Shown here: positions 1-8,438 of the stretch, in pieces
Numbering within the stretch: position 1 is the first letter of the stretch
How the letters are laid out: every line of letters begins with the position of its first letter
Source of the DNA: an uncultured Acidobacteriota bacterium
GTDB lineage: Bacteria; Acidobacteriota; Thermoanaerobaculia; UBA5066; DATFVB01
Direction of reading: 5' to 3'
Assembly (NCBI GenBank): GCA_963714035.1
Contig: OY970224.1
Coordinates: 1,093,240-1,157,239 of the forward strand
DNA: 64,000 bases
The notes under the pieces: generated by a model
What the model was told of the DNA's origin: nothing
The model's database searches: none
Seen by the model: only the letters and a program-made list of their open reading frames with translations
Position numbers and translations under genes: made by a program

Positions 1-192
1 GGGCAGGAGCAGAGCACCGTCGGAATGTTCGTCCTCGAGCCGGGCGGGAAGTTCGCGTCGCGCGTCCCCGTGAAGCTCGGGCGCGGATCGGTCAACGCGG
101 TCGAAGTGCTCGACGGCCTGAAGGCCGGCGATCAGGCGATTCTCTCGGACATGTCGAGATGGGACGGGTTCAACCGCGTCCGCCTCGAATGA
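1..192 (+). CDS. 3' end of a periplasmic adaptor / membrane-fusion protein (HlyD/MacA family), truncated by the window edge
   Basis: Frame 1 is open from base 1 to the TGA at 190-192. The tail ...GKFASRVPVKLGRGSVNAVEVLDGLKAGDQAILSD... resembles the C-terminus of MacA-type adaptors. It ends 11 nt before a MacB-type ATPase gene. Confidence 0.5.
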   Translation, partial: GQEQSTVGMFVLEPGGKFASRVPVKLGRGSVNAVEVLDGLKAGDQAILSDMSRWDGFNRVRLE

Positions 193-203
193 AAGGAAGG
201 GCG

Positions 204-908
204 ATGACGGCACATCCGGACTCCCTGATTCATATGGAAGGCATCCGCAAGGTCTTCTACACGGACGAAGTGGAGACCCATGCGCTGTCGGAGATCCATC
301 TCGACATCCGCAAGGGTGAGTACGTCGCGATCGCCGGCCCCTCGGGATCGGGAAAGTCGACGCTGCTCGCGATCATGGGGCTCCTCGACACGCCCACGCA
401 CGGGAAGTACGTGTTGAACGCCAAGGCGGTGGAGGACATCGGCCCGTCCGAACGGGCGCGCATCCGCAACCGGGAGATCGGGTTCATCTTCCAGAGCTTC
501 AACCTGATCGGCGACCTGACGGTGTACGAGAACGTCGAGCTGCCCCTGACCTACCGCGGAATGTCGTCGGGGGAACGCAAGCTGCGGGTCCACGAGTCGC
601 TCGAACGGGTCGGAATGAGCCACCGCACGAAGCACTATCCCGCCCAGCTCTCCGGAGGCCAGCAGCAGCGCGTCGCGGTCGCGCGCGCCCTCGCCGGCTC
701 GCCTTCGATCCTGCTGGCCGACGAACCGACGGGAAACCTCGATTCCCGGAACGCCGAATCCGTCATGGAGCTCCTCCGCGAGCTCCACCGCGAGGGCGCC
801 ACGATCTGCACGGTGACGCACGACCCGCGGTTCTCCCGCCACGCCGAACGCACGATCCACGTCTTCGACGGTCGGATCGTGGAAGAAACGCTCGCCGCCG
901 AAGCGTAG
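204..908 (+). CDS. ABC transporter ATP-binding protein, MacB/LolD-type (ATPase 1 of the array)
   Basis: ATG at 204 follows GAAAGGAAGG. Walker A GPSGSGKST, ABC signature LSGGQQQRV, Walker B ILLADEPT and H-loop VTHD are present. The upstream ATG at 159 lies inside the preceding gene. Confidence 0.9.
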   Translation: MTAHPDSLIHMEGIRKVFYTDEVETHALSEIHLDIRKGEYVAIAGPSGSGKSTLLAIMGLLDTPTHGKYVLNAKAVEDIGPSERARIRNREIGFIFQSFNLIGDLTVYENVELPLTYRGMSSGERKLRVHESLERVGMSHRTKHYPAQLSGGQQQRVAVARALAGSPSILLADEPTGNLDSRNAESVMELLRELHREGATICTVTHDPRFSRHAERTIHVFDGRIVEETLAAEA

Positions 909-969
909 AGCCCGGGCCGGAGGAGGATCCGATGACGCACCCCGCTCTTTCCTCGACGCGGAGGTCTCG

Positions 970-3426
970 ATGAACGGATTCCTGACCGACCTTCGGCAGG
1001 CCGCGCGCGCGCTCGTCCGACGCCCCGGATTCACCGCCGCGGCGGTCGCCGCGCTCGCGATCGGGATCGGGGCGACGACGGCCATCTTCTCGGTGGTTTA
1101 CGGCGTTCTTCTCCGGCCTCTTCCCTACCCGGGAGAAGACCGGCTCATCGACGTCGCGGAAGTCAACGCGCGGGGGCGCGCGACACGCGTGTCCGACGCG
1201 AACTTTCTCGATTTCCGCGACCGCAACCGCACGCTCGACGGCCTCGCCGAATACTCGGACGTCTCCTCGACCGCGGTCGCCGTGGGCGCCCGTTCGAGCG
1301 GCGAGGCGCTTCGGACGCCGGTCGCGGTCGTGTCCGCCCGGTTCTTCGACGTCCTCGGCATCGCTCCGTCGCGCGGAAGAACCTTCGTTCCCGACGAGCT
1401 CGTTCCCGGAGGCCGGGCAGCCGCCCTCGTCAGCACGGACTTCTGGCGGACGCATCTGGCCGCCACGGCCGATCCCGCTTCGGCGGTCCTTCGAATCGAC
1501 GGCGCCTCCGTCGCGGTCGTGGGCGTCCTCCCGCCGGGATTCCACTTCCCCGACGGCGCCGAAGTCTGGATTCCGCGGGAGCGTGCGCCGTGGCTCCCCA
1601 GCCGGACGGCGCACAACAACCGGCTCGTCGGCCGGATGAAGGCGGGCGTTCCCGTCGCGGCGGCGCGCGCGGACCTTTCGTCGATCGCCCGCGCCCTCGC
1701 GGCGGAGCTCGGCAAGGACACCGACATGGCGGACGCGGGGGTCACGCCGCTGCGCGAAACGATCGTCGGACGGACGCGTCCCGCCCTCCTCCTCCTGCTC
1801 GCGGCGGCCGCGGCGCTCTTCCTCGTCGGATGCGTCGACGTCGTCGCGCTGCTTCTCGCCCGCGCGGCTTCGCGGCGGCGGGAGATCGCGATCCGCCGCG
1901 CGCTCGGCGCCGGGCGCGCCGACCTGATCCGCACGTTCCTCGCCGAAGCGCTCGCGGTCTCGGTGCCCGGCGGCCTCCTCGGGATCGGGATCGCGGCGGC
2001 TCTCGTCGGCGCCGTCGCCCGTCTCGCCCCGCCGGGGCTCCCCCGGGTCGCGGAGATCGCGGTCGATGCGCCGGCGCTCGCGGCCGGGCTCTTCCTCGCG
2101 CTCGCCGCCGCGGGAGCACTCGCGGTCGCGACCGCGTGGGGGGAGTACGGCAGCCGGCTGGCCGACGTCCTCCGCGGCCACCAGACGACGGCGAACGTGC
2201 GCACGCGCCGCGCGCAGCGCGTCCTCTCCGTCGGGCAGCTGGCGGTCACGGCGGCGCTGCTGGCGGGAGTCTCGCTTCTCGGCCGCAGCCTGACGAAGCT
2301 TCTCGACGTTCCCCTCGGATTCCAGCCGGCACGCGTGCTGACGATGGACCTCGATTTTCCGGATGCGGGATCCGACGCGGATCGCCGGAAGCGGAAGTCG
2401 GAGATCGCGGAAGTTCTCGACCGGGTCGGGAGGCTTCCCGGCGTCGAGAAGGCGGGAGCGACCGATGCGCTGCCGATCGGCAGCGATGCGCCGGACGGCA
2501 TTTTCCTCCTCATGAGCCCCGGACAGGCCCTTCCCGCTCCCGCGGATTTCGAACGACTCTTCAAGGACCCGGCGCGGACGGGTTCGGCCGATTACGCGCT
2601 CGCGACCGGCGGGTATTTTCCGTCGATGGGCATCCCGCTCTTGCGGGGGCGGCTCTTCGACGGCCGCGACGTCGCGGACGCGCCCCACGCGGCGGTCATC
2701 AGCGAGACGCTCGCGAAGACCCGCTTTGCGGAGCGCGATCCGATCGGACAGGTCGTCGAGTTCGGGAACATGGACGGCGACGTCCGCGTGATGACGATCG
2801 TCGGCGTCGTCGGAGACGTCCGGGAGAGCCGGATCGACGCCCCTCCGGAGTCGATCATCTACGGCGATCTCGCCCAGCGGCAGAAGGGGTCGACGGTCAC
2901 GGTGACGATGCGCGTCGCCGGCGATCCGCTGGCGATCGCCGAAAGCGCCCGGCGAGCGGCTCGCGAAGTCGATCCGCAGGTCCCCGCGACGATCCGGACG
3001 ATGGACGACGTCATCGCGGCAGCCGTCGCGCCGCGCCGTGTGGGGATCCTGCTGCTCTCCGTCTTCAGCATCGCCGCCCTGGCCCTCGCCTGCACGGGAC
3101 TCGCCGGGATCACGGCGTATTCGATCGCGCAGCGACAGCGGGAAATGGGCATTCGCGCGGCTCTCGGCGCCCGGCCGGCCGGGCTCCTCGCGCTGCTCCT
3201 GTCCGAGCAGTCCCGCCTCGTCGGCGCCGGTGTGGCGGCCGGCATGGCGATCGCGGTCTTCCTCGGCGCCCTCGCGCGCGCCCTGCTCTTCGGCGTCACC
3301 GCGGCCGATCCGCTCTCGCTCGCCTCCGCCGCCGCCGTTCTCGCCGCCGCCGCGACCGTCGCGGTCCTGATCCCCTCGCTCCGGCTGCTTCGGCTCCCCG
3401 CGGCGGAAGCCCTCCGGCAGGAATGA
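970..3426 (+). CDS. ADOP-family permease 1 (duplicated MacB-periplasmic-domain + FtsX modules)
   Basis: 818 aa. N-terminus is MNGFLTDLRQAARALVRRPGFTAAAVAALAIGIGATTAIFSVV. There are two FtsX-like blocks, each with an R-R-R-E-I-A/G-I-R-x-A-L-GA motif. The C-terminus ends ...AEALRQE. Confidence 0.9.
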   Translation: MNGFLTDLRQAARALVRRPGFTAAAVAALAIGIGATTAIFSVVYGVLLRPLPYPGEDRLIDVAEVNARGRATRVSDANFLDFRDRNRTLDGLAEYSDVSSTAVAVGARSSGEALRTPVAVVSARFFDVLGIAPSRGRTFVPDELVPGGRAAALVSTDFWRTHLAATADPASAVLRIDGASVAVVGVLPPGFHFPDGAEVWIPRERAPWLPSRTAHNNRLVGRMKAGVPVAAARADLSSIARALAAELGKDTDMADAGVTPLRETIVGRTRPALLLLLAAAAALFLVGCVDVVALLLARAASRRREIAIRRALGAGRADLIRTFLAEALAVSVPGGLLGIGIAAALVGAVARLAPPGLPRVAEIAVDAPALAAGLFLALAAAGALAVATAWGEYGSRLADVLRGHQTTANVRTRRAQRVLSVGQLAVTAALLAGVSLLGRSLTKLLDVPLGFQPARVLTMDLDFPDAGSDADRRKRKSEIAEVLDRVGRLPGVEKAGATDALPIGSDAPDGIFLLMSPGQALPAPADFERLFKDPARTGSADYALATGGYFPSMGIPLLRGRLFDGRDVADAPHAAVISETLAKTRFAERDPIGQVVEFGNMDGDVRVMTIVGVVGDVRESRIDAPPESIIYGDLAQRQKGSTVTVTMRVAGDPLAIAESARRAAREVDPQVPATIRTMDDVIAAAVAPRRVGILLLSVFSIAALALACTGLAGITAYSIAQRQREMGIRAALGARPAGLLALLLSEQSRLVGAGVAAGMAIAVFLGALARALLFGVTAADPLSLASAAAVLAAAATVAVLIPSLRLLRLPAAEALRQE

Positions 3427-5849
3427 TGCGAGGACTGCTCCACGATTTGCGGGACGGCCTTCGGGCGATGCGCCGCCTTCCGGGCGCGACGTCGGTGTCG
3501 ATCGCCATTCTCGGCCTCGCGATCGCCGCCAACGCCGTGATCCTGACGGTCGCGCAGACCGTGTTCTTTCGTCCGCTGCCCGTCCCGGCGGCGGATCGGC
3601 TCGCCCGCATCGTGCGATTCGAAGAAGGCCGCGAGAGCGGCGGCTTCTCCTACTCGGAGTACCGCGATGTCCGCGACCGCGCGACCGGATGGGAATCGAT
3701 CGCCGCGCATTACTCGTATGCTCCGCTCGTCGTGGCCACGCCGGGTGGAGCGCGGGAAACCCAGGGAGCGGTCGTCACCGCCAACTATTTCGCGATGCTC
3801 GGGGCCCGTCCGGCGCTCGGCCGCTTTTTCCGGGCGGATGAGGACGCCGTGCCCGGCCGCGACCCGGTCGCCATTCTCGGGGACGGCTTCTGGCGCACGC
3901 GATTCGGCGGCGACCCTTCGATCGTCGGCCGCACCGTGCGCATCAACGACGTTCCGTTCACCGTCGTGGGGATCGCACCCGCCGGGTTCGCCGGAGCGCA
4001 CCCCGAAACGCCCAACGACCTCTGGATACCGACGATGATGCTCCGTGTCGGATACCGCTGGGGCGATGCCCTTGCCGGAACGGCGAGGCCTCTCGAGATC
4101 CTCGGCCGAATCGCGCCCGGCGGCTCGCTCGAATCGGTACGGGCCGGCCTCGCCGCGCTCCCGCCGCCGGGCGGACGCCCGGGCGAACGCCTCTCGATCC
4201 TCGTCGCCGAGCGCGCCCGCGGCGTGGACCCGGCGGAGCGCCGGGCCCTTCTCCCTTCCGTCCGGCTCCTCGGGGCGATCGCCCTGCTCCTTCTGGCGGT
4301 TTCCTGCGCGAACGTCGCCGGGGTCCAGGGCGTCCGGGCCGCGGCCCGCCGGAAGGAGATCGCGATCCGCCGAAGCGTCGGCTGCACACCCGCGCGTCTC
4401 GTTCGCCTTCTCCTCATCGAGAGCCTGCTCACGGCGACGGCCGGGGGAACGCTCGGGGTCCTGCTCTCGGTGCCCGCGCGCGCGGCGATTCTCCCGTTCT
4501 ACACGGCCGATTCCGAAGGCTACGTTCGGACGTTTCCGGTCTCGCTCTCGCCGGCCGTGTGGATCGCCTCGCTCGCCCTCGCGCTCGTCGGCGGTCTGCT
4601 CTGCGGCGCGTTCCCGGCTTTCCAGGCCGCGCGCTCGAGCGTGCTCGACGCCCTGAAGGAGGCGCGCGGGGGCACCGGCCCGGGGGAAATCCGGCACCGG
4701 ACGATCCTGGTCGCGGCGCAGATCGCGCTTTCGTTCACGCTCGTCGCCGCCGCCGGCCTCCTGTCCCGCAGCGCGTCGAGCCTTCACTCCGACCGCTTCG
4801 ATCCGTCGCGCGTCGTCCTGATGCGCCTCCGCCCTCGCCTTGTCGAGGCTTCTCCAGAACGGGCCGAGCGGTACACGCGGGAGGTCCTCCGACGGCTGGA
4901 AGCCACGCCCGGAGTCGAGTCGGCCAGCCTCGTCCGCGGCTCCGGCCTCGCGTGGCGGGAGACGGGGGAAGCGACGATCGCGTCCCCCTCTTCGCCGGGC
5001 GCGCCTGCCCTCCAGGCCGGGTATCACGAGGTCGGGCCCCGGTTTCTGGCCGCCCTCGGGATTCCGCTCCTGCGGGGCCGCGAGTTCAATGCGGGCGATC
5101 GGCCCGGCTCCCCGCCGGTCGCTCTCGTCAGCGACTCCCTGGCGGCGGACATCGCGCCCGGCGGGGAGCCTCTCGGGCGCACGATCCTCGTCGACGGGCA
5201 TCCGTTCTCGGTCGTGGGAGTCTTCCGCGACGCCCAGCTCCGCCCCGCATCCCGTTCCTCCGCCCCCTTCGTCTATCTCGCCTACTGGCAGTTCCCGTTC
5301 GGACATCCCGTCGACTCGCGCCTCGTCGTCCGGACGGACGCCGATCCGAAGACGATGCTTGAGCGTCTGCGAAAGGAGGCGGTCGCCGTCGATCCCGGGA
5401 TTCCGGTGACCGAGCTGATGGCGATGTCGGATCAGGTTTCCTCCTCGCTCTCCGGGGTTTTTCTCGCGGCGCGCGTCGCCCGATGGGCCGGCGCCGTCGC
5501 CGTCCTGCTCGCGGGCCTCGGGGTCTACGGACTGTTCTCGTCCATGCTCCTCCGGCGCCGGCGGGAGTTCGCGGTGCGAATGGCCCTCGGCGCGGCAGGA
5601 TCGGACATTCGGGGGCTCGTCGCCCGCGACGCCTCGCGGCTCTTCGCCGCCGGATCGGCGGCGGGAGCCGCGGCGGCTTTCGCGGGGGCTCCGGCGATGG
5701 GCGCCTTCCTTTTCGCGACCGCCGGCCTCGACCTGCGCGCGGTCGCTTCGGCCGCGGGCATTCTCGGAGGCGCGACTTTCCTGGCGTGCTGGGCGCCCGC
5801 GCGGCGGGCGGCGCGCATCGATCCGGCCGCCGCCCTGCGGGCCGAATGA
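3423..5849 (+). CDS. ADOP-family permease 2
   Basis: The true start is taken as the ATGATG at 3423, which overlaps the upstream TGA (ATGA). N-terminus is MMRGLLHDLRDGLRAMRRLPGATSVSIAILGLAIAANAVILTV. C-terminus is ARRAARIDPAAALRAE. The 1590-3422 part of the track ORF is an out-of-frame overlap with permease 1. Confidence 0.88.
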   Translation: MMRGLLHDLRDGLRAMRRLPGATSVSIAILGLAIAANAVILTVAQTVFFRPLPVPAADRLARIVRFEEGRESGGFSYSEYRDVRDRATGWESIAAHYSYAPLVVATPGGARETQGAVVTANYFAMLGARPALGRFFRADEDAVPGRDPVAILGDGFWRTRFGGDPSIVGRTVRINDVPFTVVGIAPAGFAGAHPETPNDLWIPTMMLRVGYRWGDALAGTARPLEILGRIAPGGSLESVRAGLAALPPPGGRPGERLSILVAERARGVDPAERRALLPSVRLLGAIALLLLAVSCANVAGVQGVRAAARRKEIAIRRSVGCTPARLVRLLLIESLLTATAGGTLGVLLSVPARAAILPFYTADSEGYVRTFPVSLSPAVWIASLALALVGGLLCGAFPAFQAARSSVLDALKEARGGTGPGEIRHRTILVAAQIALSFTLVAAAGLLSRSASSLHSDRFDPSRVVLMRLRPRLVEASPERAERYTREVLRRLEATPGVESASLVRGSGLAWRETGEATIASPSSPGAPALQAGYHEVGPRFLAALGIPLLRGREFNAGDRPGSPPVALVSDSLAADIAPGGEPLGRTILVDGHPFSVVGVFRDAQLRPASRSSAPFVYLAYWQFPFGHPVDSRLVVRTDADPKTMLERLRKEAVAVDPGIPVTELMAMSDQVSSSLSGVFLAARVARWAGAVAVLLAGLGVYGLFSSMLLRRRREFAVRMALGAAGSDIRGLVARDASRLFAAGSAAGAAAAFAGAPAMGAFLFATAGLDLRAVASAAGILGGATFLACWAPARRAARIDPAAALRAE

Positions 5850-5859
5850 GAGGAGCACC

Positions 5860-8322
5860 ATGATCTCCGGCCTGCCGTCCGACATTCGCTACGCGTTCCG
5901 GTCCCTCCGCAAGTCTCCGGGATTCACGGCGGTCGCGATCGCGACTCTCGCCCTCGGGATCGGAGCGAACACGGCGATCTTCTCGGTCGTGCGCGGCGTG
6001 CTGCTGAAACCTTTGCCGTATCCGGACGCCGGTCGGATCGTCGCGCTGCGGACGGCGACCCGCCAGGGACGGCAGATGGGCGCCGCGAGCTTTCCCGACA
6101 TGACCGACTGGCGCTCGCGAAACACGGTCTTCGAAGAAGTCGGGGGCACCTACCCGATGGATCTCGCCGTGAGCGGCGGCACGCGTCCCGAACACGTCGA
6201 CGCCGCGGCCGTCACGGCCGGTCTCCTGCGCGTTCTCGGCGCGCGTCCCGCGGCCGGAAGGATCTTCGAGGAAGCCGACGACCGCGCCGGCGCGCGCGTC
6301 ATCGTCGCCAGCGACGGGTTCTGGAAAACGGTTCTCGGAGGGCGGCGCGACGCCGTCGGTTCGACCGTGAGGCTCAACGGGCGCGCCTTCACCGTGATCG
6401 GCGTCCTTCCGCCGGACTTCCGGATGCCGGTCGCGGGCTCCTCGGCGCAGATCTGGCTCTCCGCCGCGTTCGCCCACGAGTCGAACGACGGCTCCCCGGA
6501 GGCCGAACAGCGCGGCGCGCACTTCATCGACGTGTTCGCGAAACTCAAGCCCGGCGTCACCCTGGCAAGGGCCCAGGGCGAGATGATCGCGATCGGCGCC
6601 CGCCTGCAGAGGGAATACCCCGCCACGAACGCGAACATCGGCGTCCGCGTCGTGCCCGCGGCGGAGCCTCTCGTGAGCCGGGCGCGCCCCGCGCTGACGA
6701 TGCTCCTCGCGGCCGTCGGGCTCGTGCTGCTGATCGCCTGCGCGAACGCGGCGAACCTGGTCCTCGCCCGCGCCACCGCGCGCCGCGGCGAAATCACGAT
6801 CCGCGCCGCGATCGGCGCGAGCCGGGCCCGGATCGTCTCGCAGCTCCTCGCCGAGAGCACGATCCTCGCCGTCGCGGGAGGCGCGGCCGGAATCCTTCTC
6901 GCCGCGTGGGGAGTCCCCGCTCTCGTCGCCGCGTCCGCGGGACGCGTCCCCCGCTCCGCCGGGATCCGGATCGACGCCGGCGTCCTCCTCTTCACGCTCG
7001 CCGTCTCCGTCGCGACCGGGATCGTGTTCGGGCTCGCTCCGGCGCTCGCCTGCGCGCGGCCGAACCTTTCCGACGCGCTGCGGGAGCGCGGATCGGCGGC
7101 CGGCGGCGGCCGGCACCGCCTCCGGTCGGGGCTCGTCGTCGGTGAAGTCGCCGTGGCGTTCGTCCTCCTCGCGGGGGCGGGGCTCCTCCTCCGCAGCCTC
7201 GGACGCCTCGTCCATGCCGACCCCGGATTCGACTCGCGGCGCGTCTTCACGGCCCGTCTCGATCTTCCGGGACTCCGCTATCCCGATGCGGCGCGCGCCG
7301 CGGCGGCCTACGCCTCCGTCGTCGACGAGCTGGGACACGCTCCGGGAATCGTCTCGGCGGGCGCCCTGATGCCCCTCCCCCTCTCGGGATTCGAAGACAT
7401 GATCGGCTTCGCGCTCCCGGACGGGGGCGCGGCACTCCCCCCGCCGGACTCGGTGGGTCGGCCGTTTCCGTGGGAGTCCGCCTTCGCCGCCGCCGAGCCG
7501 GGATCGTTCCGGACGCTCGGCGTGCCGATCCGTTCCGGACGGGAGTTCCGGCGGAGCGACGACCTGCGCGCGGTCCCCGTCGCGATCGTGAACGAGACGC
7601 TCGCCCGGAAGTATTTCCCGGACGGCAAGGCCGTCGGCCGCCGGATCCAGCCGACGGTCTCCCCCGGCAGCGGCCCTCCTCCGATCCGCGAGATCGTCGG
7701 CGTCGCGGGAGACGTCAAGCTCGACGGACTCCGCGAGGAGGCCCGGCCGATGATCTACGTCCCGGAATCGCAGGTCGGCTTCAGCTCCATCTGGCTCGTG
7801 GTGAAGACGACGGGCAGCGACGCGACGGCGCTCGCGTCGATGCGGCGGCTCGTCGATCGGATCGATCCGGAGCTTCCCGTCTACGCGCCCCAGCCGCTCG
7901 CGCAGTACGTGAGCGGATCGTATTCGGCGGAGCGATTCACGTCTCTTCTCGTGACGATCTTCGCCGCCGTCGCGCTCGCGCTCACCGCGATCGGCCTCTT
8001 CGGCGTCGTGTCGTACACCGTCGCGCAGCGAACGCACGAAATCGGCGTGCGCGTGGCGATCGGCGCCCGGCCTGCCGAGGTCTTCCGGATGGTCGTCGGG
8101 TCCGGAATGCGTCTGGTCCTGGCCGGCGCGGCGGCGGGCCTGACCGGCGCGCTCCTCCTCGGCCGCGTCTTCGAAGGGTTCCTCTTCGGCGTCGGGCGTT
8201 CGGATCCGGCCACGCTCGCCTCGGTCGCCGCGCTCCTGGCCGCAATCGGTTTCCTGGCCTGCGCGCTCCCCGCCCGGCGCGCCGTCCGCGTGGATCCCGT
8301 GACGGCGCTGCGGGAGGAGTGA
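5860..8322 (+). CDS. ADOP-family permease 3
   Basis: 820 aa. N-terminus is MISGLPSDIRYAFRSLRKSPGFTAVAIATLALGIGANTAIFSVV. C-terminus is ARRAVRVDPVTALREE. A GAGAGGAG ribosome-binding site (RBS) lies upstream. Confidence 0.9.
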   Translation: MISGLPSDIRYAFRSLRKSPGFTAVAIATLALGIGANTAIFSVVRGVLLKPLPYPDAGRIVALRTATRQGRQMGAASFPDMTDWRSRNTVFEEVGGTYPMDLAVSGGTRPEHVDAAAVTAGLLRVLGARPAAGRIFEEADDRAGARVIVASDGFWKTVLGGRRDAVGSTVRLNGRAFTVIGVLPPDFRMPVAGSSAQIWLSAAFAHESNDGSPEAEQRGAHFIDVFAKLKPGVTLARAQGEMIAIGARLQREYPATNANIGVRVVPAAEPLVSRARPALTMLLAAVGLVLLIACANAANLVLARATARRGEITIRAAIGASRARIVSQLLAESTILAVAGGAAGILLAAWGVPALVAASAGRVPRSAGIRIDAGVLLFTLAVSVATGIVFGLAPALACARPNLSDALRERGSAAGGGRHRLRSGLVVGEVAVAFVLLAGAGLLLRSLGRLVHADPGFDSRRVFTARLDLPGLRYPDAARAAAAYASVVDELGHAPGIVSAGALMPLPLSGFEDMIGFALPDGGAALPPPDSVGRPFPWESAFAAAEPGSFRTLGVPIRSGREFRRSDDLRAVPVAIVNETLARKYFPDGKAVGRRIQPTVSPGSGPPPIREIVGVAGDVKLDGLREEARPMIYVPESQVGFSSIWLVVKTTGSDATALASMRRLVDRIDPELPVYAPQPLAQYVSGSYSAERFTSLLVTIFAAVALALTAIGLFGVVSYTVAQRTHEIGVRVAIGARPAEVFRMVVGSGMRLVLAGAAAGLTGALLLGRVFEGFLFGVGRSDPATLASVAALLAAIGFLACALPARRAVRVDPVTALREE

Positions 8323-8438
8323 GAGGCACCGATGAACAGGATTCGACGGGACTCCCCCCGCGCGCCGCGGGGAATCCGAGGAAATCCGGGCGCTCTCGCC
8401 GCCGCCGCAACCGTTGCCAGCGGAAGGAAGGAGAACTC

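Noticed and set aside
1590-3422. N-terminal extensions that make 1130-1581 aa 'giant' permeases (track ORFs 1590-5849, 7470-10862, 20889-25634, 24077-28129).
   Set aside because: The extensions overlap the preceding permease gene in another frame and translate to Arg/Pro-rich nonsense. Each has an internal ATG, right at the upstream stop or just after an RBS, followed by the conserved ADOP N-terminal motif.
2859-5885. Very long antisense or out-of-frame ORFs in the track, for example 763-2688(-), 2859-5885(-), 5128-8037(-), 7881-10055(-), 10140-13565(-), 17868-21266(-), 40538-43786(+) and 50726-53005(+).
   Set aside because: Their translations are Arg/Gly/Pro/Asp/Glu-rich low-complexity strings with no recognisable motifs. 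They lie opposite to, or overlap, genes with clear family signatures. Stop codons are rare in every frame of such GC-rich DNA, so these are artefacts.
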